Source of the DNA: Lytechinus pictus
Lineage: Eukaryota
Direction of reading: 5' to 3'
Length of the DNA stretch: 64,000 nt
Assembly (NCBI RefSeq): GCF_037042905.1
Contig: NC_087245.1
Location: 30,506,001 to 30,570,000 of the forward strand
The notes beneath the pieces are model-generated. The model did no database searches and was not told the origin of the DNA. It saw only the letters and a program-made list of their open reading frames with translations. Below are positions 61,559 to 64,000 of this stretch, piece after piece (position 1 is the stretch's first letter; the number at the start of each line of letters is the position of its first letter). Both the position numbers and the translations under genes were made by a program.

Positions 61559-64000
61559 GTGAGTGCATAAAATATCGCTTGTTACATACATCATATGGGC
61601 CCTGGTTTCGCAAAGAGTTGCGATTGATCCAACCATTCTCAATTATGGAAAGCCAGTGATGCTGTCACATAGAATGTAGTGTTCAAAGTGTTCTATGCAA
61701 CACTTGCGCATATGTGATTGTGTCGACCAATGAATAGGCTCCTTCTTGTTTACATAAAGGCTATGCATACTCCTTTAATGTAAAGAATTAGAATAATATT
61801 TATACTTGCTTGCATAGCACCTAACACCTCTTTAAGAAGTCTCTAGGTACTCTTCAATTCATTCACCATAATCACCCTGGCTTTGAATAGCAGAGCTGCT
61901 GTCATTCCTGTGGCATTTCAGGAAACAAATTCCCGCCAGGTCCCCATTTACCTCACTCGTGTTGGGTGCAGTACAATATCTACAACTTTCTCGCTGAGGG
62001 TGATTAATGCCTGGGGTAGGATTTGAACCTATAGCCCTCTCAGTAAGAAATGGGAGTCAGAACCACTACACCATGATATCAATGGCTTTCCATGGTTAGG
62101 ATTGATTGGATCAATCACAAGTCTTTGTCTTGTTGGGTCTACGTTTGATCAATGGTGCTTCACCCTCTTACTCATTCTAACTAACCAGACTTTTATTTTT
62201 TAAGCTGTGTTTTGAGGCTAATGTCAATCTCATATCCCTTACAACTGACATTTAATACTTTTATTTTGCCTACCATTGCATTGATGTTTCTTTGATGTGT
62301 TTTTCATATCATTTGCATTTTGGCCTGTCTTCATTTCTTAACATTCATAACCCTAATCTATGTTACAAGTTTGATTTTATTTTTCAAAAATCAATTTTGA
62401 AAGTATTTTTTTAGTTATTCTAGAAAATAAAATTTGAAATGCACAGTACAAAATGTAGCATAGTTGTTGCTCTGGACATATTGGAAAGAGTTTGATGAAA
62501 TAACAGAAAATAGCTGTGGGAATATTTTTTTCTACATGTACATGTATAAAACCATTGTCTGTGATATATTACATGTAGTAAAATCCTTTGGTTTACCCCT
62601 GAAATACGGGGATGTCCTCATATGTTTGAGAGACTGTTCATAGTTCCACGAAAGAAATTATCATGGAGCTGATTCTCATGGGGGATTGCATTGATCATTA
62701 TGTGCAGTCAATTCTAAGCATCTCCTATTAATTTGAATAATTTTGGAACAGTCAAATATACAATTTTGTAGATTATGTTATGGATTAAGTACATACGTGT
62801 TGATTTTCATTGATATTGCACTAGCAACAGCTGAGATCTTTGTGGAGAGGCCACTCTCTTTCTAGCACTACAGAATACCCCAGTCTTCTTAAATTAAAAA
62901 GGGCAATGAGTCAAGAATAATTAGGGGCATCTTGTTAACGTTTTAATTGATGAAATTAATCTCAAAATTAGTTGAGAATTATTTAACCATTTGCATCAAT
63001 TTATAATACAGGGTCCATTTTAAAGTGTGTACCCCCAAAATATGTATATATTTTTTTATTTCAGCCCTAAAATGATTAGTATAGCATGATATCAGAGTAA
63101 AAAATGCAGGACATGGCATTACCAAAACATGCTGGCAAAAAAGGCCAGCGTCAATAGATAATATCAGGCCAGCAGTAAGGAGAGAGGTTAGATGATCTCA
63201 TGAGAGTTGTTGCAATTTTTTCACAAATTGAATTAAATAGCCCATTTTTTATCTAGCCTGCACAGCAGAAGCTGCTTATTATTTCAATGTAAGGGCCACA
63301 CAAGTGTCTGATAAAAAAAACTATCACATTTGGACTCTTATTTCTTGAGTAAGAGCAAAATTTTGAATTTTGGCGTGGTAAGCAGCTGAGGTCCTGAGGG
63401 GGGGGGGGGGAGTTTGTTCCCAGGCCCGGCTTTATTACCTGTTGAAGTAGCCCATCCTAACGAGGGTTAAATTTCATTATTTTTATGGCAGGGACACTAT
63501 GCTACAGGGCACATTTCTTTATTAATAATATTAATATGCAACATTTATATAGCGCTTAATTGAATGTTTCTATAAAGCACTGCATACTAATATATGTTTC
63601 AAGTTCAATTTCTTTTACAACTCAAGGGGGGGGGGTGAATAGAGCATCAAAAATTTGACGAGGTAAACACTGCTGTTATATTGAATGCAGGCGAGACCAC
63701 TGGGGACGCTCCACTCTTTTTTCATTTGGATGCATTCATTATATTTTTTTGCTATTGATTTATTTTTTCAATAGATTAGGCCTACAATTACATTTACCCG
63801 TAAATTCCAAAATCTTTTAAAACTGAATATGGAAAGGTTCTAGAGATTATAGTTTACGGTTTAAATTGTTTGGAGCTAAGTCAACTATATTATATATGGT
63901 TTTGAACAAAATCCTAGAAATCAGGTTCATTTTGCGTTTATTTGTGAGCGACTGTCTGATTATGATAGGGCACATTTATACATTTAGTTAGTGGTGGAGG

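Overview
Eukaryotic, AT-rich, repeat-dense DNA. The repeat spectrum suggests a marine invertebrate, probably a sea urchin (inference). It holds two + strand host genes. (1) The 3' part of CENP-O: 5 exons, 471-6023. (2) A nearly complete miRNA-class Argonaute: ATG at 35223, 20 exon positions to 59408, intact DEDH slicer tetrad, last exon beyond the window. Between them lies a transposon pile: a 5'-truncated Penelope-like element ending in a minimal hammerhead ribozyme, a full-length Mag-type Gypsy element with identical LTRs and one gag nonsense codon, a decayed L1/Tx1 LINE, and nested foldback, hAT, Academ, Tc1 and Kolobok-like elements. Four signals stand out. (a) The Argonaute exon carrying the first catalytic Asp exists as two intact, synonymously diverged 91-nt copies that look like mutually exclusive exons. 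(b) A candidate 24-nt Ser-rich micro-exon falls in the C-terminal phosphorylation loop. (c) Arrays of duplicated decoy splice sites lie in two Argonaute introns. (d) A Pol III-type 72-nt tRNA with a UCA (opal-reading) anticodon and a non-Sec fold sits inside a Penelope-style partial tandem unit just upstream of Argonaute. All calls were made by eye with no database searches.
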